64,000 nt of DNA from Octopus sinensis (lineage: Eukaryota), in contig NW_021836160.1 in the NCBI RefSeq assembly GCF_006345805.1, forward strand, positions 4,437 through 68,436, given 5' to 3'. This document shows positions 14,468-27,497 of this stretch, piece after piece; the stretch's first letter is position 1; the number at the start of each line of letters is the position of its first letter. The notes below the pieces were generated by a model. That model worked only from the letters and a program-made list of their open reading frames with translations, made no database searches and had not been told where the DNA came from. The position numbers were made by a program, and so were the translations under genes.

Positions 14468-14569
14468 CGTTGAAAGCACCGGTTCTCGTCTGATCGCCGA
14501 AGTTAAGCAACGTCGAGCCTAGTCAGTACTTAGATGGGTGAGAGCTTGGGAAACCTAGGTGCAGTAAGC
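14468..14569 (+). pseudogene. 5S rRNA: 5S rRNA pseudogene, 5'-truncated
   Basis: cgttgaaagcaccggttctcgtctgatcgccgaagttaagcaacgtcgagcctagtcagtacttagatgggtgagagcttgggaaacctaggtgcagtaagc matches metazoan 5S including A-box and C-box regions; lacks roughly the first 16 nt and has no oligo-T terminator. Confidence 0.85.
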
Positions 14570-14585
14570 ATAGCACATTGTTAAA

Positions 14586-15014
14586 GACGCAGGAGTGGCT
14601 GTGTGGTAAGTAGCCTTGCTTACCAACCACATGGTTCCGGGTTCAGTCCCACTGCGTGGCACCTTGGGCAAGTGTCTTCTACTATAGCTTCGGGCCGACC
14701 AAAGCCTTGTGAGTGGATTTGGTAGACGGAAACTGAAAGAAGCCCGTCGTATATATGTATGTATATATATATATGTGTGCGTGTATGTTTGTGTGTCTGT
14801 GTTTGTCCCCCTAGCATTGCTTGACAACCGATGCTGGTGTGTTTATGTCCCCGTCACGTAGCGGTTTGGCAAAAGAGACCGATAGAATAAGTACTGGGCT
14901 TACAAAGAATAAGTCCCGGGGTCGAGTTGCTCGACTAAAGGTGGTGCTCCAGCATGGCCGCAGTCAAATGACTGAAACAAGTAAAAGAGTAAAAGAGTAA
15001 AGGAGTAAAGAGTA
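14586..15014 (+). mobile_element. SINE family A, full length
   Basis: Colinear with 5439-5940. Confidence 0.9.
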
Positions 15015-17055
15015 AGGCAGTACTGCATTGTCACTTTCCTTTTCTTCGGCCAAGCCTTCATCGCGTTTTTCAAGTTGATGAGAGCTTGAAGATCTGGATG
15101 AAAGTGTCCAGCCCTTTCAATCTGGTTTAGCGCACAACCGCTTCCGCTAAGGCCAGAGATAAACACTACGCTAAAGGAAGATGCAGAGACCATTTCACAA
15201 GGAATTCAGCCGATGGCCCGATCCGTCCTCCATGCGACAGTAGTTGTTCGACATAAGCTTACAAGTCAGCAATGTTCGGCACTTGAAGAACTGTTTCGTC
15301 ACCTGCGCGCATCTCGGGTACGCTCGGCTGATGGCACTTCCATACTTGCGTAGGTTATCTCGAACCGTCACTGTCACTCCGTAATTACTTCCAAGCCAGA
15401 GACTTCTGGAAATTATCCATGGGCTTCAAACCAGCTCAAATACCTCTGGAATATACTAACCTATTGATTCCCGACGACACTCAGAATCACCCCGAGAATA
15501 TCGTTGCTCTTTGCCACCCACCATAGAACACGAAGGTAGAACTTTCTCCCACAGGGGGAAGTATTGTGATCACCTGACAGCACTCTAGCTGCTAGGCGTC
15601 CTGCCTCGGTTTACACTTGATCTTGGTTTACCGCTTAGTCGAAGAGGCAAGATGCAGAAAAGGGAGTCTGACAACACCTGCTTAGCGTCAAGGAAATTCT
15701 GGGGATGCTGCACCGCCAGCGCATGTCTGCATCATCAGCCACGGTATATCCAGCCCTCTGCTCAGCGGGTATTGACAGCAAATAGTGCGCTTGATCAGTG
15801 GAACTTGTCCCGTTCATAGAAAGCAGAAGTGTAGCCTCTCTAGTCCGACCAGACGTGAACTGGAGATAGCATGACGGCCAGGAGGTATGTGCCCAACTTT
15901 TCAGGGATGGCTCTCTCTTGGACCATTTCTGAGTGAGATCAGTCACTCTGCTCTTCACATCGTCCCAGTTCTCCCCTTAGTGATCTGAAGCAAACGATAC
16001 CCTGAGCAATTTAACTGTTCCTTCGTCCCAGCGGCCCGCTGCGCTATTAAATTTTTCTTGCTTAATATTGCCTCTGTCATCTCTTCGTATTCTCTTAAGA
16101 TAGTTCCGATGATGTCTATGTGTTTGGAGTCCGATACTATGAAGGTCCTTCTCCAACCTAGTTCGTGCAGGATGTCTCCCAACGTATCTAATTACCCACA
16201 TTAACGGCTCTAGAGTCAGCACATACAGAAGAGTCGATAGGTAACACCTTTGACAAGCCAAGAGCATGATACTGAATAATTCTGACTTGTGACCGTTTTC
16301 CCAAACTACCGGTCGGATGTTACAGTACATTGCGGAAATACAACTGCACAACACTCGAAGGAAACGGGTCGCCTTGAGAACAGCCGTGAAATATTAGTGA
16401 TCGACCCTATCGAACTGTTTTAATTAATCTAAATTGACCAGAATCTCGCCAAGTTCCAATCTCTCCGCACTTTGGGCTTAGCAGAGTCTTGGGCCTAAAA
16501 GTATCTATATCACTTCTCCGCAATGCCACTTACAGAACTAAGAATTCTGTTGTTTGCAGCAGATATCTGTAAAAAGGCCTCTTTAAAAAAGATGGTATAT
16601 TAGAGTTCGTAGGATAAATCATTCAAAGCAGCCGATTTGTCTACCCCAAACCTAGGCATCCAATCATCGCTTATCGTATCTCAGCGGCTATTATCGGCAT
16701 CACTCCGTCTCTGTTACCGAGAGTCATGTCAGGCTGTCGAGGTAGGTACTGAAATCCATCCTACGTTCTGGACCGCCATTGGTCCCGAACAATCAAGCGA
16801 AGAAGTGCTGTTGAATAGCTTTCACATCTGCTTGGGGAGGGGGTCAGGGAACATGTGACCATTATAGCCAATCAAATATCGAATTGTGGCTCTGTTGCCA
16901 CGTTGTGCCTCTCCATTCGAGACCAGTGAGAGGCTTCTATACTCCCATTCTTAGAGAACATGCGTTTGCTCTGGCGAAGCAACTTTCGTGCTTGACGTAG
17001 AAGAATTGGTCAAGGGTCACAACACTGTGAACACGGCGGTTGCGATTCTTTCTTT
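15015..17055 (-). mobile_element. Heavily decayed Tx1/L1-like LINE ORF2 fragment (linker, RT and C-terminus)
   Basis: Minus strand: ISAMYCNIRPVVWENGHKSELFSI...QRCYLSTLLYVLTLEPL and YEEMTEAILSKKN, paralogous to the RT at 28488-28889; many stops and frameshifts. Confidence 0.75.
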
Positions 17056-17146
17056 AGACACTCCTTGTATGTTTTTAAGACTTTGTGTAGGTATATGTGT
17101 GTGTGAGCGAATGGGTGTGTATATAATTAATATTCTATTTTTCCAT

Positions 17147-17392
17147 CACTTAGTGGCTAGGGGTGTTGGATCATAATTGTAAGATTGTGGTTTCAATTCC
17201 TGGACTGGGCAACTCATTGTGTTCTTGAGCAAAACACTTCATTTCAAGTTGCTACAGTTCCCTCAGCTGGCAAAAATGAGTGATCCTGCGAGGGACTAGG
17301 GTCCCGTCCATGGGGCTGTGGAATATATGCGCCTCGGAAACCGGGAAACCGACCCTTATGAGAGTATATGACTCGGGGAAGATCTTTGTCCT
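17147..17392 (+). mobile_element. SINE family D
   Basis: cttagtggctagggtgttg...ggtttcaattcc...gtgttcttgagcaaaacacttcatttca...cagctggcaaaaatgagt; copies at 37143, 47798 and 59965. Confidence 0.8.
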
Positions 17393-17430
17393 TTATTTTT
17401 CAATCTTTTCCAACCTTATTAAACCTAATA

Positions 17431-17770
17431 AGGCGTATCTCAGTGGTTAGAGTGTCGCGCTTACAATCATAAGATAGTGAGTTCGATTCCTGAACTGGGC
17501 TGTGTGTTGTGCTCTTAAGCAAGACACTTTATTCCACGCTGCTTCAGCACACTCAGCTGTAGAAATGAGTTGCGATGTCGTTGATGCCAAGCTGTATCGG
17601 CCTTTGCCCTTTCCTTGGATAACATTGGGCAGTGGTGTGGAGACAGGTGGCTGGTATGCATGGGCGACTGCAGGTCTTCCATAAACAACCTTATCCGGAC
17701 TTGTGCCCCGGAAAGGAACTTTCTAGGTGCAATCTCATGGTCATTCGCGACCAAAGGCTGTCTTTACACT
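17431..17770 (+). mobile_element. SINE with a family D-like head and a different tail
   Basis: A box ctcagtggttagag; B box gttcgattcc; cttaagcaagacactttattccacg. Confidence 0.7.
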
Positions 17771-18087
17771 TTATTTCGAATGGACTCTACTCAAATCATT
17801 CTTTACATGATAAACACCATCTTTTGTTGAATGAACCTGTCAACATTCGCTTAACTAATCTGTTAATCTGTTGCCTGTAAGCTTGGCGTTTATGGTTTCA
17901 AATTTTGGCACAAATTTTAGGTGAGGTGTATAGTCAATTACAGTGAGTCCGCTGGTCAATTTTATCGACCTCGGAGGGATGAAAGGCAAAGTTGACCTGA
18001 ACGGGATTTGAACTCAGGGCATAAAGGACCGGAACAAATACAGCAAAGCATTTTGACCGAGATTATAACAGTTCGTCCAGCTCAGTT

Positions 18088-19261
18088 TATCATCACCATC
18101 ATCATCATTATCATCTCATCCGCGACTACGATTCCCACAACCACCAGCATCTCGGCCGCCGCCACCACCACACCACCACCACCACCACCACCACCACTAC
18201 CACCACCACCACCACCACCAACACCACCACCACAACCACCACCACCACCACCACCACCACCACCACCACCACCACTACCATTACCACCACCACGACTAGC
18301 AATATAACCATCACCATAACCACCACCGTTTCTATGATCACCACCACCAACGCCGCCGCCGCCGCCATCGCCATTACCACCACCGCCACCACTGCCACCT
18401 CTACCTTCTCCGCTGCCATCGTTTCTACAATAGTCGTCCTCTCCAGTGCCGTTACTTCACGACATCCCCACCCGACCACTTTCCATCATCATCGTTCTCA
18501 TTCCCACCATATCACAGAAAACATATCCACCACCTCCACTACTACCACCGCCTTCGTCACCTCCACCGCCACCATCACCATCATCATCATCATCATCATC
18601 ACATTCTGTCATCATCATCATCATCATCATCATTATCATCATCGTCGTCGTCGTCATCATCAGCATCATCAGCATCATCTTCACCACCACCACCACCACC
18701 ATCATCGTCATCATCATCGTCATCATCACCGTCGTCGTCGTCATCGTCGCCATCCCCCTCCTCCTCATTATCATCCTCACCCCTTTCACCTCCTCCTCCT
18801 TCTCATCATCATCATCGTCACAATGGACTCTAAAACGTCCACCTACACAGTTACTATCATGTAATATACACGCCTACATCGTCACCAAACCACCACTACC
18901 ACCACCACCACTACCACCACTACCACCACCACCACCACCCCGACCACTATCCTCAACAACAACAACATTACGAACGCACCAGCACTCCACCCTCCACTTC
19001 CACCTACGACTTACAACTCTCGTCGCCGCCACCACCACCTCTTCCACAGCCCCAACCACCACCACCACCACCACCACCACCACTACCACCATCACCACCA
19101 CCATCACCACCATCACCAATATCATCTTTACTACTCTAAGCACCAAGAGAATCGTCAACAACAGCCTTCACCACCAACACAGCCCGTCCCCCCTCTACCC
19201 TAACCTCCACCCATGCAGCATCAACAACCGCATCCTCCACCAAAAAAAAAGAACAACACCA

Positions 19262-19295
<34 letters not shown>

Positions 19296-19548
19296 CAACA
19301 ACAACACCAGTACCACCACCACCACCACCACCACCTCCACTAGCCCCACCATTAAAAGACATGCCACAAAACTCCCAGCCCACCACCACCACCACCACCA
19401 CCACCAACACTACCAGAATCCTGACAGTCAACAACACTACCACAACCATAACCACAACCGCATTGAGCACCACACCCACAACCTCCACCACAACCACTAC
19501 CACAACGCCCCCCATTCCCCTCCACTACTACCACCGCCGTCGCCACCA
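18088..19548. repeat. (CCA)n/(CAT)n/(CAA)n trinucleotide low-complexity tract
   Basis: Read directly; gives poly-P/T/H/V ORFs in several frames on both strands. Confidence 0.9.
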
Positions 19549-20396
19549 TTCTACGAGGCATTTTTTCTCGAATCCATTGCTTCCTGTTAAATAAAAGCAA
19601 CAAACTTTGCTCTATGCCCTAATCGCTTTTATTATCTAATTCTTCCTAATTTCTCTCTCTCTCTCTCACTTCCTCTTGCTCTTCTTGTACTTCCCTCTGC
19701 ATCCCTATTTCTCTCTCCCTCTCTCCTTCACTCTCCCTCCATCACTCTTTCCTTCTCTCCTTCTCTCTCTCTCTCACGGTGTCTTCAGCTCTGACGTAAC
19801 AGCTTCTTGGGTGTGTACGAACGCAATGATAGAAGAAAGAAGGCTAGTTACGCCAGTACACGAGAAACATTGATGGCTAGATAGGTAGGTACACACGCAC
19901 ACACACACTCACACGCGCAAACACACACACACACACATACAAACACACACACTCAGATACACACACGTACACATGCTTTTACACACACAGTCGAGAGACA
20001 GTGAACTTAGATTCAAAGTATTGACGGAATGGTTAATAGAAATAAACTGTCTTATAACGCGTCAATATACACATACTCACAGATATATGGTCGTACTCTC
20101 ACTCAGGAACATATACACACATGCTTGTGTGTATATAGACGTGGCTGTGTGGTAAGAAGCTTGTTTCGCAACCACATGGTTCCGGCTTCAGTCCCACTGC
20201 GTGGCACCTTGGGCAAGTGTCTTCTATTATACCGTCGGCTCGACTAAAGTCTTGCGAGTGGATTTGGTAGACGGAAACAAAAGGACGCCACACACACGCA
20301 CACACGCACACACATGAGTAAGCACATAAATGCAAAACAAGGTGCTTAAAAAGTAGTACTCAAATACCAAGGGTAGAGTTATGTGCTTTTTTCTAT

Positions 20397-20600
20397 TATT
20401 AAACCTTCAAAGTCATTACAAAAAAAAAAAAAGAAAGAACTTGCTGAGAGTTTCACGTTTCCGTTCGGCGGACAGTTCTGATCAAGAATGTAAAATTTTA
20501 TTCCAATCTGATCACAACTTCACAACTGCGCGACTAACGGGAAAATGAAACTCCGAGTAACAGACTTTTGTGATGTTTTTGAAGGCTTAATGAAAAAGTA
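20397..20600. repeat. Short degenerate fold-back with hammerhead-like remnants
   Basis: attaaaccttcaaa...gagagtttcacgtttccgttcggcggacagtt is mirrored by aactg...aacgggaaaatGAAActccgagTAacag...ttgaaggcttaat. Confidence 0.5.
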
Positions 20601-20704
20601 TATATCTATATATATATGCTGTGTAAGATTTTTTATATATATACTTTTACATTAAACCTGCAAAAACATCACAAAAGCATATATATATACATATATATAT
20701 AAAT

Positions 20705-20736
<32 letters not shown>

Positions 20737-20789
20737 GTTTATGTTTATGTCCCCTATAGAATAGGCCTAGTTGGAGGCCCAACTTTCCT

Positions 20790-20941
20790 AGTTCTGTTGC
20801 AGGGCTTACAAAAACTTAAGGACCTCTGCAATCAATGTGTAATTCTGAGAGGGGAATATGTTGAATAAAGTCATAATTAACTGATCGTTCCGTATTTTAT
20901 TTTACCCAAAGCAGCCAGGAACTGTACAGCACCACATCGTA
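20790..20941 (+). mobile_element. Mariner remnant: transposase C-terminus plus 3' ITR
   Basis: Translates QGLQKLKDLCNQCVILRGEYVE*, like the mariner ending GIxKLxxRWxKCIxxxGDYVE; then ITR-like ccaggaactgtacagcaccacatcg followed by TA. Confidence 0.7.
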
Positions 20942-21055
20942 TATGTATGTATGTACATATGTATGTATGTGTGCATGTAAGCATGTCGGTATGCATGTAT
21001 TTATGTATGAATGAATGCATGTATTTATGTTTGTATATATGTTTGTGCATATATA

Positions 21056-21264
21056 CAAGGTTGGCCAAAATGTCATATGACAGTAAATCGAAACCTTTTA
21101 ATTCCAAGATTTATATATCTTTAACAACTGAATGAATCCAATAAAAGCATCTTAGTACGAAACATCATGAAAATTCTTCAAACTGAAGTCCTCCTTGAGC
21201 GACGCATTTTTTCAGCATTTATGGAATTTTGATTTACTGTCATATGACTTTTGGCCGACCCTTA
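21056..21264. mobile_element. Tc1/mariner-type MITE
   Basis: Termini caaggttggccaaaatgtcatatgacagtaaatc and gatttactgtcatatgacttttggccgaccctta are inverted copies; TA on both flanks. Confidence 0.8.
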
Positions 21265-21279
21265 TAAAACATATATATA

Positions 21280-21441
21280 TATTTTTTCTCTCCTTGTTTT
21301 TTTTTCTGTGTATTTTTCTGTGGAAGAGCGTAGGCTCGAAATGTAAAAGACTTTTCCTATTCCTGAGCGCTATACTAATACATTTGTTTGTTTGTACACC
21401 ACCTGCCTTCGTCTTTTGATTATTTTCGTAAACTTTCCCTT

Positions 21442-21442
<1 letters not shown>
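21280..21442 (+). mobile_element. Short hammerhead-bearing module ending in (TA)n, family H1; motif at 21313-21350
   Basis: tttttCTGTGGA-A-GAGCgtagGCTC-GAAA-tg-TA-aaaga, followed by the conserved tail cctgagcgc...ccacctgccttcgtcttttg. Confidence 0.7.
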
Positions 21443-21474
<32 letters not shown>

Positions 21475-21564
21475 TATATATATTGGCACAGGCACGCCTG
21501 TATAGCGAGGAGTTTGTCTCCCAACCACATGGTTCTGGGTTTCGGGCCCACTGCGTGACGGTCG

Positions 21565-21620
<56 letters not shown>

Positions 21621-21625
21621 CGTAT

Positions 21626-22768
21626 ATAAGATAAGAAAACGGACAAATACATCTAAATCAAATACCAATTACCAGATAATACTCAATCACATACTTTATT
21701 AAACCACCACATAAGAGACTGTAGGGTTAAACATAAAAATGCAGAACAAATCAGTGTACATAAAGGAATGTACATAAAAAAGTGTACATAAAAGAGTGCT
21801 GTTGTATAATAAGTAGAATATATATAAAAAAGAGAATATATATATAAGTAAATATAAATATAAGTATAGATTACATCTTACAGCTGTTTCGGCCATGTAG
21901 ATAAGTATGTGTCATTTTACCAATATTGTCCTTTTATGGTAGGTCAATATACTTATATGTATATTCTCTTTTTTATATATATTCTACTTATTATACAACA
22001 TCACTCTTTTATGTACACTTTTTTTATGTACATTCCTTTATGTACACTGATTTGTTCTGCATTTTTATGTTTAACCCTACAGTCTCCTATGTGGTGGTTT
22101 AGTAAAGTATGTGATTGAGTATTATCTGGTAATTGATATTTGATTTAGATGTATTTCTCCATTTTCTCATCTTATATAAGTATAGATTACATCTTACAGC
22201 TGTTTCGGCCATGTAGATAAGTATGTCTCATTTTACCAATATTGGCCTTTTATGGTAGGTCAATGTGATTGAGTATTATCTGGTAATTGATATTTGATTT
22301 AGATGTATTTCTCCATTTTCTTATCTTGTATTAGTAATTTGTGGTAAATCATTTCACCTTTGCCCATATAATACAGTAAATGAATTGATTGCATCGCAAT
22401 CCAAAATGAGACATACTTATCTACATGGCTGAAACAGCTGTAAGATGTAATCTATACTTATATTTATATTTACTTATATGTATATTCTCTTTTTTATATA
22501 TATTCTACTTATTATACAGCATCACTCTTTTTTGTACACTATTTTATGTACATTCCTTTATGTACACTGATTTGTTCTGCATTTTTATGTTTAACCCTAC
22601 AGTCTCTTATGTGGTGGTTTAATAAAGTATTTGATTGAGTATTATCTGGTAATTGATATTTGATTTAGATGTATTTCTCCATTTTCTTATCTTGTATTAG
22701 TAATATGTGGTAAATCATTTTACCTTTGCCCATATAATACAGTAAATGAATTGATTGCATCGCAATTC
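21626..22768. repeat. Cluster of direct and inverted copies of a ~350 bp unit, like Penelope ends
   Basis: 21626-21920 is the reverse complement of about 22403-22695; further partial copies at 21950-22175, 22176-22262 and 22263-22400; the unit carries tggc(c/t)GAAA-CAGCTG-TA-agatg. Confidence 0.85.
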
Positions 22769-22866
22769 TTAACATTTATGTATTAACTTTGTTGGGTACT
22801 TCACTAGCAGTATATTGGATATATGTTATCCCATGGAGGGTTGCATTTACAACCCCTATCTCAATT

Positions 22867-22909
<43 letters not shown>

Positions 22910-23841
22910 TTATCTGTGAGTGAGTGAGTACGTGAATGTGTGTGTATGTGTGTAAGCGCGCGCGCGTGTGTGTGTGTTTCTGTGTAGTTGCTGACTGTGT
23001 TCGTCCCCCCACTACGTCTTCATATCTGGTGTTAGTGACTGTTGGTGTCTTTACGTTTTCCGTAACTTAGCGGTTCTGCAAAAAGATACCGATAGAGTAA
23101 ATATCAGGCTTGAAAACAAAAGAATATAAGTCATTCGACTAAATTGCTTGTAGGCGGAGCCCCAGCATGACCACTGGAACAAATAAAACATCAATAACAT
23201 GCACACATATAAACGCACGTACGTAATACATACATACATACATACATACATACATACGTACGTACGCACGTACGTACGCACGCACGCACACACGCATGCA
23301 CGCACGCACGCACGCACGTACGTATATGTATAATTTTTCGAATAGACGCACAGATTCCGGATTATGTATTTATCGTTTCGTTAACGTGTTTGTACGTAGA
23401 ATGTTTACCTACCTACCTACGTACATACCTACCTATCTACTTACCTACTGACCTTCCTCCCCTACTTACCTACCTCTTTGCCTCCCTTCCCCTCCTACAT
23501 ACCTACTTCCCTTCCTCCCCTACCTATCTACCTTCCTAAATACATGCATGCATGCATGTGAAGACGCGTGATTAATTAGTTAGGATGTTGCGCACAGGAT
23601 AGCAACATCGTGGTTTCGATTCACAGAGAAGCTTTGCGTTGTGTTGGTGTATCCAAGACCGCATTATGCATTTTTCGTTTGGCTTTTGCAAGACAACGAG
23701 GTGCAATTTAAAGACCAAATGGCTGTTATTTTGAGCAGATCCATTGACTTCAGAAATGATTAGTTGTAGGCTTGTTGTCTATGCACTACTTTATGCAAAG
23801 TATATGAACTTAAACACCTAGGCAACACACATTAATAATAA

Positions 23842-24058
23842 TCCTTTCTACTATAGGCATAAGACCTGAAATTTGTGGGGTGGGGGGACCAGTCGATTAC
23901 ATCGACCCCAGTGTTTCACTGGTACTTAACTTACCGACCCTGAAAAAAATTAAAAGCAAAGTCGACCTCGGCGGAATTTGAACTCAGAACGTAAAGACGG
24001 ACGAAATGCCATAATGCATTTTGCCTGGCGTGCTAACGATTCTGCCAGCTCACCGCCT
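23842..24058 (-). mobile_element. SINE family B
   Basis: Reverse complement of ggcggtgagctggcagaatcgttagcacgcc...gccgaggtcgactttgc. Confidence 0.8.
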
Positions 24059-25359
24059 TAAACATCCCGCTAATAATAAATGCCGTTGTCAATTTATATA
24101 TGTCTCGAAACGCGAAGGAAGATAACTCGAATCATATTGAAGTTATTTCCCTTGGTTTGTATATCCATAGTTTTCTAAATTTTAAATTTATGTTATTATC
24201 AATTCACGTTCATTTCAGTAAAATAAACATATTTACCGTCAGCAAGTGACGTCACGTATACGCTAGTGAAATAATACAATTTTATAATGGTTATGTAAAT
24301 AACTGTTATCTTTCATCTTGAGTCATATATTTGTGTTTGTTCTTTATGGAACTATGGGAATATATAAACTTAAACACAAGCAATTTTAAGACAATTTACC
24401 ATTCTCTAAAACATTTGGTGTTCTCTGTATCTGAGTCACAAATTTATGTTCGTACCACAAAGAATTATTTCTTATTTATTTTCCTTTTTAGGGATTATAT
24501 GTATTATATGTACATTTTATAGTTAACGCATACCAATATATACATCTGAGGAATACTGAATGTATATTTTATATCTTTGACACTTTTATCAAAACATACG
24601 CACATAGATATACACATATGTGTTTAGGCTGGCGATTGTTACGTATGTGCTTTACATAAATATTTTGTTTCATCAACTGAGTGTTCGTATTAATTCCTCT
24701 ATTACGTAAGCCATGGAAGCTTCTAGATTGCCCGACGAAATAAATTATGTAAACCATAATCTAAGTGGCAATAAACACACAGACACTTCACATATATGTC
24801 TTCCTCGGCCTAAGAAACAGGATTTTTAACGCGACAAGGTTCGGTATTAAACTGTAAATAAATATATGACTCAAAGGAGAACGGAAATTAATTTTATTGT
24901 AACATACGCAGTAAATATATATTTTACGTGAAAAACTGGGACATTGCTATTTATGTTCCCGCGTGTAAGTTAGTTAATATACGTGAATCAGCCGGTCTAA
25001 AAGCAGTCATAATTAAGATCTTCGTGCTCGTGTATATAAATTTATATAGACGTATGACTATGTAAGTATACATTTATACATATACATACATACATACATA
25101 TATATAATATATATATATATATATATAATATATATATATATATGTACATATATACATATATATATATATATTTGTTGAAATAGAAAGATGAATTTTCTTG
25201 TAACAGATTATTCAAAGGTTTAACCGATACCTGGGTAGCAAAAATCACAGCGGAAAACAGCACGGTTGGAGATAAGACCATTTGGTGTAGAATGTGTAGA
25301 ATGTAATAAAAGGTATTCTATACAATCTTCGTTCAACTCCATTTATTATTCCATTCACT

Positions 25360-25425
<66 letters not shown>

Positions 25426-25786
25426 TATATAATATATATATATATATACATATACATACATATATATATATATATACATATATATATACATATATATATA
25501 CATATCTATATATATGTATGTATTTATGTATATGAATAAGTGTATGCTTACATACTCATAGTATATATAAATTCATATATATATATATATATAAAAGGCA
25601 AAATGGGACGAGAACGCAAAACATCCGGGCAACTAGGCGATACAAAAAAGGGACAACAAAACATCCAGATAGACGATACAAAGAAAACAAGGACAGGTCA
25701 TTCGAAGTTTTCTAATAGTAGAACAATAAAGAGAAACTTGTTGGTACAGTATCATTTATATTTGAGAGAATGAGCTGAGGAGGCTC

Positions 25787-26015
25787 CTTTGAGGGGACAG
25801 TTTCTATTTTAATCCCACTAACAATGCCCACAGTGAGCCAGTGTAATATGAGTTTCGAACCTCAAGTAGTTGTTCCCAAACTGGAATTGGTTAAATTGTT
25901 CATCAACGGACGTTTCGGCCTTCTTACTACGGTAGTAAGAAGACCGAAGCGCATATCAGAGTGGCTTACTGTGGGCATTTTTGGTGGGATTAATATAGAA
26001 ATTGTCTCCTCAAAG
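25787..26015. repeat. Nested fold-back element
   Basis: Outer arms ctttgaggggacagtttctattttaatcccactaacaatgcccacagtgagcca and tggcttactgtgggcatttttggtgggattaatatagaaattgtctcctcaaag; inner hairpin ttcggccttcttacta-cgg-tagtaagaagaccgaa. Confidence 0.7.
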
Positions 26016-26089
26016 ATGACACCTCTGCTTATTCTTTCAAATATAAACATAAATATTAATATAAATATAAATATTAATATAAATATAAA

Positions 26090-26385
26090 CTAGCAGTATC
26101 GCCCGGCGTTGCTCGGATTTGTAAGGGAAATAACTATATAAGCATTTTTAGAGAGTTACTTTCCCTTATATAATAGCAAAAAATGCATTAGAAATGGGAA
26201 AAAATGATGGTAATTTTTTTTTAAAATCGTAGACTCATCGTAGACACGCGCTAATACCCAGAAGGGCTCGATATGAATCTCGATATGATACCCGCTTTTG
26301 GTTACACTGCACCGCAAAATGTGGGAGTAGTTAGGAATCTAAATCGTAGGAGACAGACACACAACTTCACTTTTATATATAAAGA
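26090..26385 (-). mobile_element. Non-autonomous Helitron
   Basis: Minus strand starts TCtttatatataaaag and ends with a GC-rich hairpin-like ccgagcaacgccggg followed by CTAG; inserted between host A and T with no target-site duplication. Confidence 0.85.
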
Positions 26386-26469
26386 TATATATATATATAT
26401 ATGGCGGTGCCCCAGCATGGCCACAGCTCATAAGCTGAAACTGGAAAAATCAAAAAAATCAAAATCATA

Positions 26470-26672
26470 TGTTAGATCATTAGCTCCTACACGCATTTTT
26501 TCTCTCCTTGTTTCTCTCCTTGTTTTTTTTTTCTGTGTATCTTTCTGTCGAAGAGCGTAGACTCGAAACGTAAAAGACTTGTTCTATTTCTATTCCTGAG
26601 CGCCATACTAATATATTTGTTTGTTTGTACTCCACCTGCCTTCGTCTTTTGTTTATTTTCGTAAATCTTCCC
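26470..26672 (+). mobile_element. Hammerhead-bearing module H1; motif at 26540-26577
   Basis: tcttt-CTGTCGA-A-GAGCgtagACTC-GAAA-CG-TA-aaaga; ends in (TA)n. Confidence 0.72.
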
Positions 26673-26863
26673 TATATATATATATATATATATATATATT
26701 CTAGGGTACTACGTAATCATCTGCTTCGCTAAAAGTAGAAGACAATATAGTCGTAAGCTAGAGGAGAATCACTAAATTAATACAAGCACGATAGATAAAA
26801 AGATATTAGTAAACAAGAATAGCGTTTGACCTCCGCAAACGATGCAGAAGGAATGTCAGTTAA

Positions 26864-26915
26864 TGTGATATCATGATTTCGAATTTAGCGCCAAAGAGAC
26901 CTCTCTTCAGTCAGA
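26864..26915 (-). ncRNA. Minimal type I hammerhead motif, canonical core
   Basis: Minus strand: tga-CTGAAGA-GAG...TTC-GAAA-TCATGA-TA-tca. Confidence 0.68.
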
Positions 26916-26929
26916 TATAATATATATAT

Positions 26930-27497
26930 TCAAAATAAGCAACAAGAATATCTTCGGAAATTTGGTACGATCGTTTCACGCTACATCATTTTATTAAACA
27001 TTGTAAGTATAACAACAGTTTTAAAATGTTGAACAATCATCAGCCATTTATAGAGGTTTTCCATCAATACATATACTTATTTTCATGTTAATTGATAACA
27101 TTATATAGTGGGTAGATATATAGACGGAGATGTTGATTTGAATGTCAAGAACATTAAGGTATTAGAATTTAAAAATTTTGTCTCCATCCAACAGAATATC
27201 CCTCCCACTTCCTAGCAGTTCCAAATAACTTAAAGTATATTCTTCAGTCAGAAGATAAATTCTAATACCTTAATGTTCTTAACATTCAAATCAACATCTC
27301 CGTCTATATATCTACCCTCTATATAATGTTATCAATTAACATGAAAATAGGTATATGTATTGATGGAAAGCCTCTATAAATAGCTGATGATTGCTCAACA
27401 TTTTAAAACTGTTGTAATACTTATAATGTTTAATAAAATGACGTAGCGTGAAACGATCGTACCAAATTACCGTAGATATTCTTGTTGCTTATTTTGA
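26930..27497. repeat. Inverted repeat (arms 26930-27171 and 27256-27497), each arm carrying a hammerhead motif
   Basis: Arms are diverged reverse complements; motif tgg-CTGATGA-[long stem II]-GAAA-CGATCG-TA-cca at 26963-27046 (minus) and 27381-27464 (plus, with one stem I mismatch). Confidence 0.85.

Noticed and set aside
18334-19594. Long Pro/Thr/His-rich ORFs (176 and 382 aa) resembling mucin or extensin
   Set aside because: CCA/CAT/CAA repeats are open in several frames on both strands; there is no domain, splice structure or convincing start.
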